From NCBI GenBank assembly GCA_002104905.1, contig MCFE01000374.1, forward strand, positions 1-64,000: a stretch of 64,000 nt of DNA. The letters are read 5' to 3'. Under the pieces are notes generated by a model. It saw only the letters and a program-made list of their open reading frames with translations. It was not told where the DNA came from and ran no database searches. Shown here piece by piece: positions 46,268 through 55,721 of this stretch. The translations under genes were made by a program, and so were the position numbers. The stretch's first letter is position 1; each line of letters begins with the position of its first letter. The DNA is from Basidiobolus meristosporus CBS 931.73. Taxonomy: Eukaryota > Fungi > Basidiobolomycota.

Positions 46268-48799
46268 ATGGATGTTGCTAATTTAATATATTCCGGTGAT
46301 GTGGCTGCAATACAGAAGAATATTCTTCCTGCTTCTGTTAATCAACTTGACTCTCAGGGAAGATCCGCCTTAGGAATCGCTGCTACAACCAACAACGTGG
46401 CCATCGTGGAGAAACTGCTAGAGATTGGAGCAGACGTTAATCTAAGACATGAAAATGGCGCGAGCCCTATTTCTATCGCTGCTGAGTATGGCTACTTTCA
46501 AGTGGTAAAAGCAATCGCCAGACATGAGTGGGATGTGAAGGAGCAAGGGCCCCAAGTGCTACTGAATTGTATTCGACACAACAACCCACATATCATCGAT
46601 TGGCTGTATGCTCAGGGAGTAACCCCTGGTTTATTTGAAGAGTCCGAAAAACTCCCAATGGTGCAAGCTGTGTATCACGGTCATTTGGAGAACGTTAGGA
46701 AACTGGCTGAACTTGGATTTGATGTCAATAAGTTTGAATCCCACGGTAGTAACCACTCAGCACTGCTAACTGCTTGCTACTGGAACCAAATAGATATTGC
46801 ACAATATTTGTTGAGTCTACCCGAGATTAATCTGGGCTATAAACGACAGGGCTATCAAGGTTTAATGCTGGCCATTGGGGGAAATCATCCTCGCATAGCT
46901 CGTAAATTGCTTGAAGCAGGCGTGGATCCCTCGGATTACGATCCGGAAACAGAACAAGCACCAATGGTTCAAGCAGGGTATGTGGGTTCGACTGAAATAG
47001 CCAAAGAACTAGTCAATCACGGGGGAAGATATGAAGCACTTGACAGTCGAAATGATACCATGCTTATGCTTGCCTCATATTGGGGGCATGCGGAATTGGT
47101 GCGATACTTACTGTCAGAAACAATTGATCTTTCGATCCATGACCAGGGGAAGAGAAGTTTGCTCAAGGCAATTGAGCAGGATCACGACAGAATAGTTAAA
47201 TCGCTACTAGAGTATGGCCAGAGCCCAAACCCCGACGACCCAGAGGTGGACACAGTGCCTATCATACGAGCCAGCTACAAGGATAACGTGAAAATCATCA
47301 ACTTACTTCTAAAGCATGGTGCTGACAGTAATACAGTGGGCCATGACTCCTCGACATCAATCACCACTGCTGCCTATTGGAATCACGAAAAGGCCTTGGT
47401 ATGCTTGCTCGAACATGGGGTGGACTTCAACAAAGAGAAGCAAGGGTTCCGTGCACTCATTATCGCAATCGAGCGAGGCCATTTTCGCATCGCTCGGAAA
47501 TTGCTTGAAGCTGGTGTGGATGCTGAGGACTACGACCCTGAGGTCGATCCAGTACCCATGGTGACTGCAGGCGCAAATGGCAGCGTCAAAACGTTGGAAG
47601 TTTTACTCAAGCACAGTCTTGATATCAACTCGATACGGCATGACGACCATACTGCGTTGACTATTGCTACTTATTGGGATCACTATGCTGCTGTGAAAGC
47701 CATCATCGAGGCCGGAGTGGATATGGAAAGCCACCGTCAAGGCTGGAGGGCTTTGATAATCGCTGTAAATCGAAACCACCATCGAATACTGAAGCTATTG
47801 CTTAACACAGGCATGAAGATGAATCTACCGGTCGAAGGGGACGATCCGAATCCCATCCTGATCGCCGCCCGTGATGGGAACACGGAAATACTAAAGCTAT
47901 TACTTGGTGCTGGTGCTGGTGGTGATCTGAACCAATATTGGGGAACCGTCAGCTGCCCATTGATGGCAACTATTTCCTCCAACCATTACGATGCTACAAA
48001 ATACCTAATCGAGAATAGCTCAGCAGCACACAACAAGGAATTACTCGAAAATGCCCTTCAGGAGGCTGAAAAGCGCGGTCTTTCAGAGCACTGCCAGCTG
48101 TTGCAAGAATCCCTGCTAAAAAAAGAGGACTCGGCCAACGAAGACATATTTGCATGCATAAAATCTGGGGAATTAGCCGCCGTTCGTGAATGTCTGTCAC
48201 GAAGTCCAGAGAGGATATATTCGAGGCTGGCGCCAACAGAACAAACGCCCTTGATAGTTGCCAGCAGGGAAAATCAGCCAGAGATAATCGAGTTTCTCCT
48301 GGAAAAGGGTGCCAATATCGATGCAAGCGACAACGAACGACAGACACCTTTGATTCTTGCCGTTCGCTTGGACCTACAAGAGATCGTCCACATTCTACTG
48401 AAACGTGGCGCCAATCCAAACTTATGTACGGGGCCGCAAAACAAGACACCTCTGATGTTTGCGATAGAAAACGATCATAAGGAGATATTTGAACTGCTAC
48501 TCCAACATAATGCCTCTGTATGTTATCCTGATTTACGCTTAAGAACCCCATTGATGTACGCAGCTGAGGAAGGGCGCGACCACTTCTTACCCCCGCTGCT
48601 GGAAAAGGGAGCCCGCATCCAAGAACGGGATGACTCGGACACCACAGCCATAATGCTCGCCTCATACAAACACCATCAAAAAACTGCTCAAGTTCTCATT
48701 GAAAATGGGGCCACCATTGAAAAACGGGATCTTAACAAGCTTAGTGGGATTGGATGGCTCATGTCACTGATAAAACGATCACTATCCAATTTCTTCTAA
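46268..48799 (+). CDS. Large ankyrin-repeat protein (>20 repeats), intronless; start at 46268 or up to 46112
   Basis: Recurrent ankyrin motifs (GRSALGIAA...VEKLLEIGADVN; EQTPLIVAS...IEFLLEKGANID; RQTPLILAV...ILLKRGANPN; RTPLMYAA...LLEKGARI). No catalytic domain recognised. Confidence 0.92.
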   Translation: MDVANLIYSGDVAAIQKNILPASVNQLDSQGRSALGIAATTNNVAIVEKLLEIGADVNLRHENGASPISIAAEYGYFQVVKAIARHEWDVKEQGPQVLLNCIRHNNPHIIDWLYAQGVTPGLFEESEKLPMVQAVYHGHLENVRKLAELGFDVNKFESHGSNHSALLTACYWNQIDIAQYLLSLPEINLGYKRQGYQGLMLAIGGNHPRIARKLLEAGVDPSDYDPETEQAPMVQAGYVGSTEIAKELVNHGGRYEALDSRNDTMLMLASYWGHAELVRYLLSETIDLSIHDQGKRSLLKAIEQDHDRIVKSLLEYGQSPNPDDPEVDTVPIIRASYKDNVKIINLLLKHGADSNTVGHDSSTSITTAAYWNHEKALVCLLEHGVDFNKEKQGFRALIIAIERGHFRIARKLLEAGVDAEDYDPEVDPVPMVTAGANGSVKTLEVLLKHSLDINSIRHDDHTALTIATYWDHYAAVKAIIEAGVDMESHRQGWRALIIAVNRNHHRILKLLLNTGMKMNLPVEGDDPNPILIAARDGNTEILKLLLGAGAGGDLNQYWGTVSCPLMATISSNHYDATKYLIENSSAAHNKELLENALQEAEKRGLSEHCQLLQESLLKKEDSANEDIFACIKSGELAAVRECLSRSPERIYSRLAPTEQTPLIVASRENQPEIIEFLLEKGANIDASDNERQTPLILAVRLDLQEIVHILLKRGANPNLCTGPQNKTPLMFAIENDHKEIFELLLQHNASVCYPDLRLRTPLMYAAEEGRDHFLPPLLEKGARIQERDDSDTTAIMLASYKHHQKTAQVLIENGATIEKRDLNKLSGIGWLMSLIKRSLSNFF

Positions 48800-49029
48800 G
48801 TATTTCAAACATTTCCTTTAATTAAATACCGGCTTAGCTGACTCTGTAATCATGAGCAATTGATCGATTTCACAAGCCCACCTCCGTCTTATTTTAAGGT
48901 TGGCTGAATGTGATGTGATTTGGTGGGCTTTGCGCAGAAGTGACTAGCATCGTTTTGGCATTGGCTTGGGGGAAGGTTTGGATTTAATGCAACCCACCCT
49001 CATCAGCTATAAAGCAAACTGCCGCTATC

Positions 49030-49494
49030 ATGTTCAAGAAGAGTTGCGGCTGTCTTGACTTGAGGTTTAGCTGTCTCTTCCTCACCATCATTCAGATGGC
49101 TTGGGGTGTACTCTCCATAATCACCTCTGGACTGGAGCTGATAAAGCTAAGAGATTTCCATGCAACGACGGAGAATGCCAACCTGGCCCGTAGTGGGATG
49201 TGCGTTTTCATCACCTCCGGGGTAGCTACCCTGCTGGTTGGCGGGTGCGGTTACTTCGGCACTCTTCGGAGCAAACCCAACATCCTGCTGGCATACTTGA
49301 TACTCGACACAATGTCGATACTGATCTCAGTGGCAGCAGTGGTGATTGTTTGGCAGATAGGTGAAGGATTACAGGTGGTGCAGATCATAGCCTCGGCAGT
49401 CTTCCAAGGAACATTCTCGTTTTTCATAGCGGAATACCGCAAACTGATTATGCTTGATGCCCACACCGGAAAGATCCATGCAGATGTCCAGTAG
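49030..49494 (+). CDS. Small four-transmembrane membrane protein (tetraspan-like)
   Basis: N-terminal KKSCGCLDLR followed by four hydrophobic helices (including LLVGGCGYFGTL, ILLAYLIL); 154 aa. Confidence 0.6.
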   Translation: MFKKSCGCLDLRFSCLFLTIIQMAWGVLSIITSGLELIKLRDFHATTENANLARSGMCVFITSGVATLLVGGCGYFGTLRSKPNILLAYLILDTMSILISVAAVVIVWQIGEGLQVVQIIASAVFQGTFSFFIAEYRKLIMLDAHTGKIHADVQ

Positions 49495-50137
49495 CGTTTA
49501 GTGGCAGAAACTGCTCCACTTGCAATGAGGCCATATATCGGGCCATTTCCCGACAGATTCCGGTCAAGAACCATGCAATCATCAACATTCAAAACTGGAT
49601 AGATTGATGTGACCAATTCCCATTCTGAGGCCTTCCAAATATATGACGAAATAAACGAAATGGGGTATTTTTCCCAGAGCCAGCCACTCCCCATGGATGC
49701 AGGGGGATAAATTTAGAATCCATCAACAGCCCGCTTGATTCGAGGATCCCCAATGGCGCCCGTGTTACAAAGTGATCTGATTGACTTGTATAATGAATTG
49801 GAATATTGGTGCTAGCATGCTTAACATATCGTGTTGGAGATATATTCTACATATTAGCAGCAATTCATGTGAAATGGGTGTGCAACGTCAGGTTTGGCTT
49901 TAATACTTCATCGAATGGATGAATATGGGAATAGCTGTAGCGTCAAGATGTATGACATCGGTTCCATTTGCATCATTGGCTTGGATCAGAAAGTTTAAAC
50001 CGTTTTAGTGCGTCTAGTACGTTTTAGCGTTTGGCTCTTTGGGGTTGCTCAGATCTTTTTTTAGATTCTCCACCGTTCGCGTATAAATACCGCTGGGCAG
50101 CTTGGGAAGTGAGCCACATTATCCAGTTTCCCGAAAG

Positions 50138-50710
50138 ATGACTGCTGTTCTTTCCAGTGCCAACTCCCCCGCCAAACCCGCGGTCACCACCCGCGTGCGC
50201 AACACCTCGCCCATTCGACCTGGTCAGATTGCGTTCGAGATTGGGCTGGGCGAGAACGAGCAAGCGATCGTTCGCACCCACCACCAAACATACTACACCA
50301 TGACGTTGAAGAAAGGATTGTTCGGTAGCAAAGTGAAAGTTTACGACGCGATTGGCAAGAAGGAGCTGTTCGTTGCGAAGAGTAGAGCGGCGCTGGGCTA
50401 TATCCAGGTGCATAGCCCTTGCTTCGAAACCCGTCTCCAGTTCTCGCGACCCGCCTCCAAGAGTGGGGTGTACGGGTTCGAGGTGCACGGGGAGAAGTAT
50501 TTTTGGGATTACCTTCACAACTCCCACTTGCGATGCTTTGTCGCTTCTACCAAGACTTTGGTAGCCCAGTTCCAGTACAACTTTGACGAGGATTGCCGGA
50601 AAGTGGGCCAACTCGTGTTGGCCGAGCAAGCAACCCAGCCCCATATCCAGCCCTTCCTTATCCTCACTGCCCTCTTATTCCTGAAGCCCAAAATCTGGTG
50701 CTCCGAGTAA
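50138..50710 (+). CDS. Tubby-C/LURP-one-like (phospholipid-scramblase-fold) protein
   Basis: Beta-rich pattern KVKVYDAIGKKELF...YGFEVHGEKYFW...TLVAQF...VGQLVL, ending in the buried helix FLILTALLF. Confidence 0.6.
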   Translation: MTAVLSSANSPAKPAVTTRVRNTSPIRPGQIAFEIGLGENEQAIVRTHHQTYYTMTLKKGLFGSKVKVYDAIGKKELFVAKSRAALGYIQVHSPCFETRLQFSRPASKSGVYGFEVHGEKYFWDYLHNSHLRCFVASTKTLVAQFQYNFDEDCRKVGQLVLAEQATQPHIQPFLILTALLFLKPKIWCSE

Positions 50711-52362
50711 CCGCTTCGTTTCTCCGTAAAGCTGGACTCTTTACCTTTACCTGTTCATTGTTGTTCCCCCATTCACCCCATTGGATCCACGTAAATTTCC
50801 CATGATCCAGGACTTATGATGCAGTTGACCGCTCCACCAAATCCGTAGATATCGCATCGATCACCCATCTGTACATAATAAACCTCTCATCACATCAAAA
50901 TTTTCTTCACAGTTCTAGAAATCAGGGCAATGGTTTGAAAAGTAGGTTCGAGGCCCGACTGCACCGAATGTAGCACCATCGCTTGTGCACCATTCGATCT
51001 CAGTCTTTCGGGACTCGGATAGGCTGTGGGTTCCAACACAACCTTGCGCCAGTCTCGAATCAGCACTTGGCCCACGGGTGGAAAGCATAAAGGGACTCGA
51101 GGCCATTTTCGGCCAGTTCGTTGCCCGATTCGAGGGGGCTGAGGATTGTCGTGGCGGTTGGGAATCGGGCGTTTTTTTGGCAGTTGCAACACATGCTGGA
51201 GTTCTGGTTTGTGATGGGCAAAGCTAGCGCCAATCCCGCTTTAGTTAGATTGGATATGGGAATGTTGGCGGATTTCTTGTACACAACATTCACGGGATAT
51301 GCTATGCGCTTCTTTAGAAACATTAACTCCATTTCCGTATCTTTCTGATTACACCTAGTTCGCTTACTTTGGCCCTGAAATGGCATGTTTTGGCAGCATG
51401 TAGTGACGAACACCCTCCACCTTAGCCTGAACACACACCTTTGAATCGATTGTAGTCGACTATTGATTTGGTGCTCGCTACCGAAACCTAAAATCCAATA
51501 ATGTTGGCCTTGGGGTATAGTTTCTTCCGGAGCATGCATCCATATGCGTTGAGCTATTCAGGCAATCGGATTGGTCAATTTGGACGTTCACTCCATCGGA
51601 TCCCACCTTGTCCCAAATTTTCGAGAAATGATTCATTGGCCCCACTTTGCCGCATTCAATTGACCTCGATTCTTGTGCCCTCCTTCCTGCAGAAACGGAT
51701 TTGCATTGTTGGATGATTCATGCTTGTACCGTGTGGTCGACGGCTGATGGCTGACTGGGGAGAGGGAGGGGGAGGGGATTGGATTTCTCAACACCGAAAC
51801 AAATGTCCCGTGGTTGAAGATGGAGGGTGTATGATATGGATTTTTATAGTATTCCCAAAGCTGCGGAAAATTTCTCTTGGCACTCAGGCAGAATATTGCA
51901 GCTGAGCCTACACTGATAATATCTCCGGTTTTCTACAATTCAAGCTTGGCTATGAACTGTTTGAGGCACCTTCAGATGTTGTAGGTGATTAGGAAATCAA
52001 GTACTCTGTGGCCTTCACTTATTTTTGGTAATTGGTGCACTGCTAATTCTCTCACTTTCTGATCCTGAACACTCAATCACCTCCTACACTTGTGTACATT
52101 GATTGGCTATTGCCTCTTTCTCACACTCCTTACTTCCTGACTCATCCAATGCTCTTACTTTTCATGCATGCAAATTTGTTTATAAAAATTGAATCTTCAG
52201 TTGTCAATTGCCAATTGTACTGACCTGTACAAGTCTCTATACAGAAGTAGTAATAAGTCCTTAATCCACATTACTGAAATTGGTGGAAACACACTGGTTC
52301 TTGAGCCAATACATCACATCATTTGCTAGTAAATGGGCAACAGGGTTCACTAGGCTCCATAA

Positions 52363-52942
52363 TGTTGTAAAAATTTGTATTTCCACCTAAATATTCACCT
52401 AACTTAGTCACTTAGATCATTACCCTCAAATCCTAGAGAATACTGACCAAATTCCTTGTTGGGATTTACTTAGAATATTTTCACCAAAATACCTGGTACC
52501 CAGAACATGAAAATTCTCAAAGTTGTCCAAACAGCCCCAAACTTAGCACACATGCTCTTGGGACCTTTCTTAACCTATTCTACATGTTTGTTATGCCAAG
52601 ACCATGTAAAAGTATAAATACTACTTTTACATTCAATAAATCATTAAGTGAAACCACATAATCTACTTGTTCTCCCAATCACTTCCAATATCTCCAAGAC
52701 TCTTACAATAGGTTATGAGCCCCAAGCTGTCACTCTCTGCAATGTCTACTACTGCTATTACTGGAATTTTTCCCTTTGCTGAAAAGTTGGATGGATCTAA
52801 CTACCAAGTGTGGAAGGTGAAGATGAAGATCCTGCTACAAGAAAGAGGCCTTTGGGATATTGTCATGGGAGAAGAATGCCCTCCTAAAAACATGGGAGAG
52901 GAAGCCTTAAAGTACCAGAAGAAAGAACAAAGTGCCTTTGAT
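52363..52942 (+). mobile_element. Ty1/Copia 5' LTR (52363-52710), PBS and truncated gag start
   Basis: LTR runs TGTTG...CAATA with TATAAATA and AATAAA; GGTTATGAGCCC follows immediately; then EKLDGSNYQVWKVKMKILLQERGLWDIV (Copia gag N-terminus). Homology with the second copy stops at ~52942. Confidence 0.82.
52711..52722 (+). promoter_or_regulatory. Copia primer-binding site of the half-tRNA-iMet type
   Basis: GGTTATGAGCCC directly after the LTR end resembles the GGTTATGGGCCC PBS of Drosophila copia. A degenerate second copy (GGATATAAGCCC) lies at 55835-55846. Confidence 0.6.
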
Positions 52943-53031
52943 GATCACTGATTTGCAATGGCTTGATTCGGATCGCAAAAAAAAAGGGTTGTTGGGATCA
53001 TTACAAATGTGAGCGATTCACAGCGATCGCA

Positions 53032-54303
53032 TCATCTTCTCCTGGGTTTTTTTCTCACAGGGATTACTACTGAAGCATTTGGTAGTGACTCACTTTGCAC
53101 ACCTATACTACTTCCTGGCTGACTATCATCTTGGCTACTTGTGTATTTGTAGTCAGTATTTTGCCTCCTAGTTGATGAGTGCGATGCTGCAGCTTGGCCG
53201 CGCTGAATCGCTCTGACTGAACCAACTGAACCAACTGAACTGGCCTGTAGTGCCACGCACTGACGCGTTCTTTTACTTGCCAAGGGCTCCGGTGGTTGAG
53301 TCACTTCATGTTGGTCATCATCAGTCAGTTCACCAGATGTAACTTGCTGATGGTCAGGCAAAACAGCACGCGCAGGCGCGCCTTGACGTGTTGAGATGGC
53401 CCTTGGCTGAGTTTGATGTGATGCCGCATGTTGACGCGACTTGGTCTGCTCCAATGGACTTGTGTCTAAGTGAGCAGTTTGGCGAGTTCTGGTAGTTTTG
53501 CTCTGAAGCGCGTGCGTTGACCCGACGCGTGTTGACTCAATGCGCGTTGACTCGACGCGGGGCGTTCTGGTAAAGGGTGTTGGCGTGGTCTGGACTGACG
53601 TGCGCCGGCGCGCTGTGGTTGCAAGAGATGGTAGGGAATCCAGCAAGGCGTGCTGGCGCAATCTGGACGATGTTGCTCGCGGTCTGTATTCTTCCTCCTG
53701 AAGCTCACCATCTGATTCCTCAAGGTATTTACTTACCCTCTGTCTGATACTTTGGAGCTGTTGCCTGGATGAGTCCTGTGTATATTGCTCTTGGAAGCCA
53801 CTTAGCTCTACTAATATATCACGTAGTACATTAGTCATTTGAGGCAAAAACTCATTCAAAATCTCTTTGGTTCCCAAAGTTGAGGCACAAACAGATGCGT
53901 CCGGCCCGTACTGTGCAAATTGCGCGCAAAATTGTTCCCGCGCGGCTTCCTCGTCAAATCCCCTCACTCTCAGCTCATTCTTGATTTCAATACTTGTGTT
54001 GTTATATATCTTTTTACATACATCGGCTGGCATCTTGATGTAGAACTCATACCACAGCTTTCTACTCAAATTCTTCCATCTTTGTCGACTCTCTGAGGTA
54101 TCTAGTTCTGCTAGATTAATCAGTAGTGCCCAAATATCTGTATGAAGGCTCATCATAGACACTTGGGCCATACTAAAATCATTTGGCGAGAACTCGAACG
54201 GATCCGACATCGACTTTTCCGGTCCAGACCGCGCTTGTGAGCTGGGGGATGGGTTTTGTCTGGGTTGTACTAAAGATGAGTTGAGGCTTGGTATGGGGAC
54301 CAT
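53032..54303 (-). CDS. Putative Harbinger accessory protein (possible Myb/SANT-like trihelix N-terminal part, disordered S/T/R/Q-rich tail), 423 aa
   Basis: Uninterrupted 423-codon frame inside a repeat compartment; DIWALLINL...RQRWKNLSRKLW resembles the RWKNL helix of MADF/Myb-SANT domains; head-to-head with the transposase; C-terminal basic NLS-like RKKPRRR. Confidence 0.55.
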   Translation of the reverse strand: MVPIPSLNSSLVQPRQNPSPSSQARSGPEKSMSDPFEFSPNDFSMAQVSMMSLHTDIWALLINLAELDTSESRQRWKNLSRKLWYEFYIKMPADVCKKIYNNTSIEIKNELRVRGFDEEAAREQFCAQFAQYGPDASVCASTLGTKEILNEFLPQMTNVLRDILVELSGFQEQYTQDSSRQQLQSIRQRVSKYLEESDGELQEEEYRPRATSSRLRQHALLDSLPSLATTARRRTSVQTTPTPFTRTPRVESTRIESTRVGSTHALQSKTTRTRQTAHLDTSPLEQTKSRQHAASHQTQPRAISTRQGAPARAVLPDHQQVTSGELTDDDQHEVTQPPEPLASKRTRQCVALQASSVGSVGSVRAIQRGQAAASHSSTRRQNTDYKYTSSQDDSQPGSSIGVQSESLPNASVVIPVRKKPRRR

Positions 54304-54662
54304 AGCAACGGATTTGGATACTTATACAGCAGTATATTGGCATCAACCTGGTCTTATATGAAATATATATGAAAACTAAAGTGATTGCTGAATTTTCCAT
54401 ATATTATGCATGATGCATCTCGGATCGCGTTGACACGGATCAGATCACATCAATCGCAGATTTCCTATTTGATTATAGACCTATGATTAAAGCATCAATA
54501 AAAGTACCAAGGCATTGTTTGCGGATGATTTTTGCGACATAATGATGGGATACATGGCAATTGATGGAGATTTAACCATAATGTGTTAAAAATCAGATAA
54601 ATAACGCAGATCGCGCCGAATCGATTCAAACCGCCTCCATACGATCATCCATCAATTTTAAT

Positions 54663-55547
54663 ATGACTTACTCATCTGAATGGTCTCTTCTCATCAATCC
54701 CATCACTACCACTGGATTTCCTTTTGACACACTGGAGGAGATCTATTCCAAGTACTGTGGACCATCAACCCCAATCTACTCAAGGAGATCCCTTGTTAAG
54801 CTTCTCTGCTATTACAAGAACTAATGCCCTACAAGGTTTCATCCCACCATCCATGGCAACAAAAGTCCTAGAAGCTTTCATTCCCAGCTGACAGCAATGG
54901 AGAACCACCTTGCAGAGGGTATGAATGACTTAGAGCAAGCTTGGAATACTAGGTTCAGAAGCTCCAATAGACTTCCATATCCCAGAGTGTTCAGCAACAG
55001 GTTCTATATCAGGAGTATTTTGGATACCTTCCCAGTGAGGATTAACAGACCTTCTAGAGGGCAGAGGCACTTTTATTCTGGCAAGTACAAGGCACACTGT
55101 GTGAAGTTTCAAGCACTGTCTGACATTGAGGGTAACATCATCTGGTTTAGTGGGCCATTTGCTGGAAGTAGGCATGACAAAGCACTCTGGGTAGAGAATC
55201 ATCCTGAATTCAGTAGAGGGGAGAAATGTATGGCAGACTTGGCCTATATAGGAGAGGATTGTCAGAGATTAGGATGTATTACAGCTTATAGGAAGCCAAG
55301 GAATGGTGTGCTTAGCAGGAAGCAGAAGCTCTACAATGAGATATTTAATCATTTCAGAGTAAGGGTAGAGCACACATTTGGATATCTGAAGAGATTCAGC
55401 ATATTGGCAGGTAAATACAGAGGAAAGTCATATATAGGAGAAAACAGCAGAATAGGTAAAATAGTTAAGATACTTATCAATGCACAGTATGTTCATACAA
55501 GAAGACATCCACTGAGAGAAATGTGTCTGGAGCATTATGAAGAGTAA
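54663..55547 (+). pseudogene. Harbinger/ISL2EU-type DDE transposase, 294 codons with one in-frame TAA at 54822-54824
   Basis: ATG at 54663 is in frame with the 216-aa ORF. Catalytic motifs ILDTF, FYSGKYKAHCVKFQ, GPFAGSRHD, MADLAY and RVRVEHTFGYLKRFSIL are intact. Confidence 0.88.
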
Positions 55548-55641
55548 ATAAAGCAAGGAAAGCACTATTCTGAGCAACATAAGTAAGATTGAGTAAAATT
55601 ACCAGTAACTGTATCATACCACTGGCATCATGGTAGAAATT

Positions 55642-55721
55642 ATAGTGCCAGATAGTGCCGTAGAGTGCCAGATTGATCCGGCACTATAAACCGGCTGGCA
55701 CTATGTGGCACTATCCAATGG
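55642..55721. repeat. Subterminal palindromic motif cluster: 3x AGTGCC followed by 3x GGCACT
   Basis: ATAGTGCCAGATAGTGCCGTAGAGTGCCAGATTGATCCGGCACTATAAACCGGCTGGCACTATGTGGCACTATCCAATGG. Confidence 0.9.

Larger units (their letters stand above)
52943..55721. mobile_element. PIF/Harbinger-type (PHIS group) DNA transposon with two divergent ORFs; left end not resolved
   Basis: DDE_Tnp_4-type transposase (+) and a divergent second ORF (-), interrupting Copia gag. The right end carries repeated AGTGCC/GGCACT motifs ending ...ATGTGGCACTATCCAATGG. No matching left TIR found. Confidence 0.68.

Noticed and set aside
46268-48799. Horizontal transfer of the intronless ankyrin gene from bacteria
   Set aside because: Several neighbouring native-looking genes are also intronless and composition is not anomalous; only a phylogeny could support it.
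12410-50644. Many long antisense or alternative-frame ORFs (e.g. 12815-13210, 14499-14984, 18548-19051, 20902-21381, 39036-39572, 43717-44253, 47994-48665, 50024-50644)
   Set aside because: They lie opposite or within well-supported genes with biased codon use, have no motifs, and often start at non-ATG codons; typical shadow ORFs.
50944-50970. tRNA-like GGTTCGAGGCCC (B-box/T-loop) motif
   Set aside because: No matching acceptor stem, D-arm or anticodon arm can be folded upstream.
50890-51716. Overlapping 60-160-aa ORFs before the repeat boundary
   Set aside because: No consistent frame, motif or splice pattern; cannot be called a gene.
416-52362. Whole island as cargo of a giant mobile element (Starship-like)
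   Set aside because: Contents are core housekeeping genes, there is no tyrosine-recombinase captain gene at either edge, and the flanks are ordinary Copia LTRs.
54822-54824. In-frame TAA as a sign of stop-codon reassignment
   Set aside because: TAA terminates several conserved genes in this window (e.g. RPL19, LIP5, eIF2-beta), so the code is standard.
55642-55721. CRISPR-like array
   Set aside because: Eukaryotic context; motifs are 6-9 bp, occur in both orientations and have no unique spacers or cas genes.
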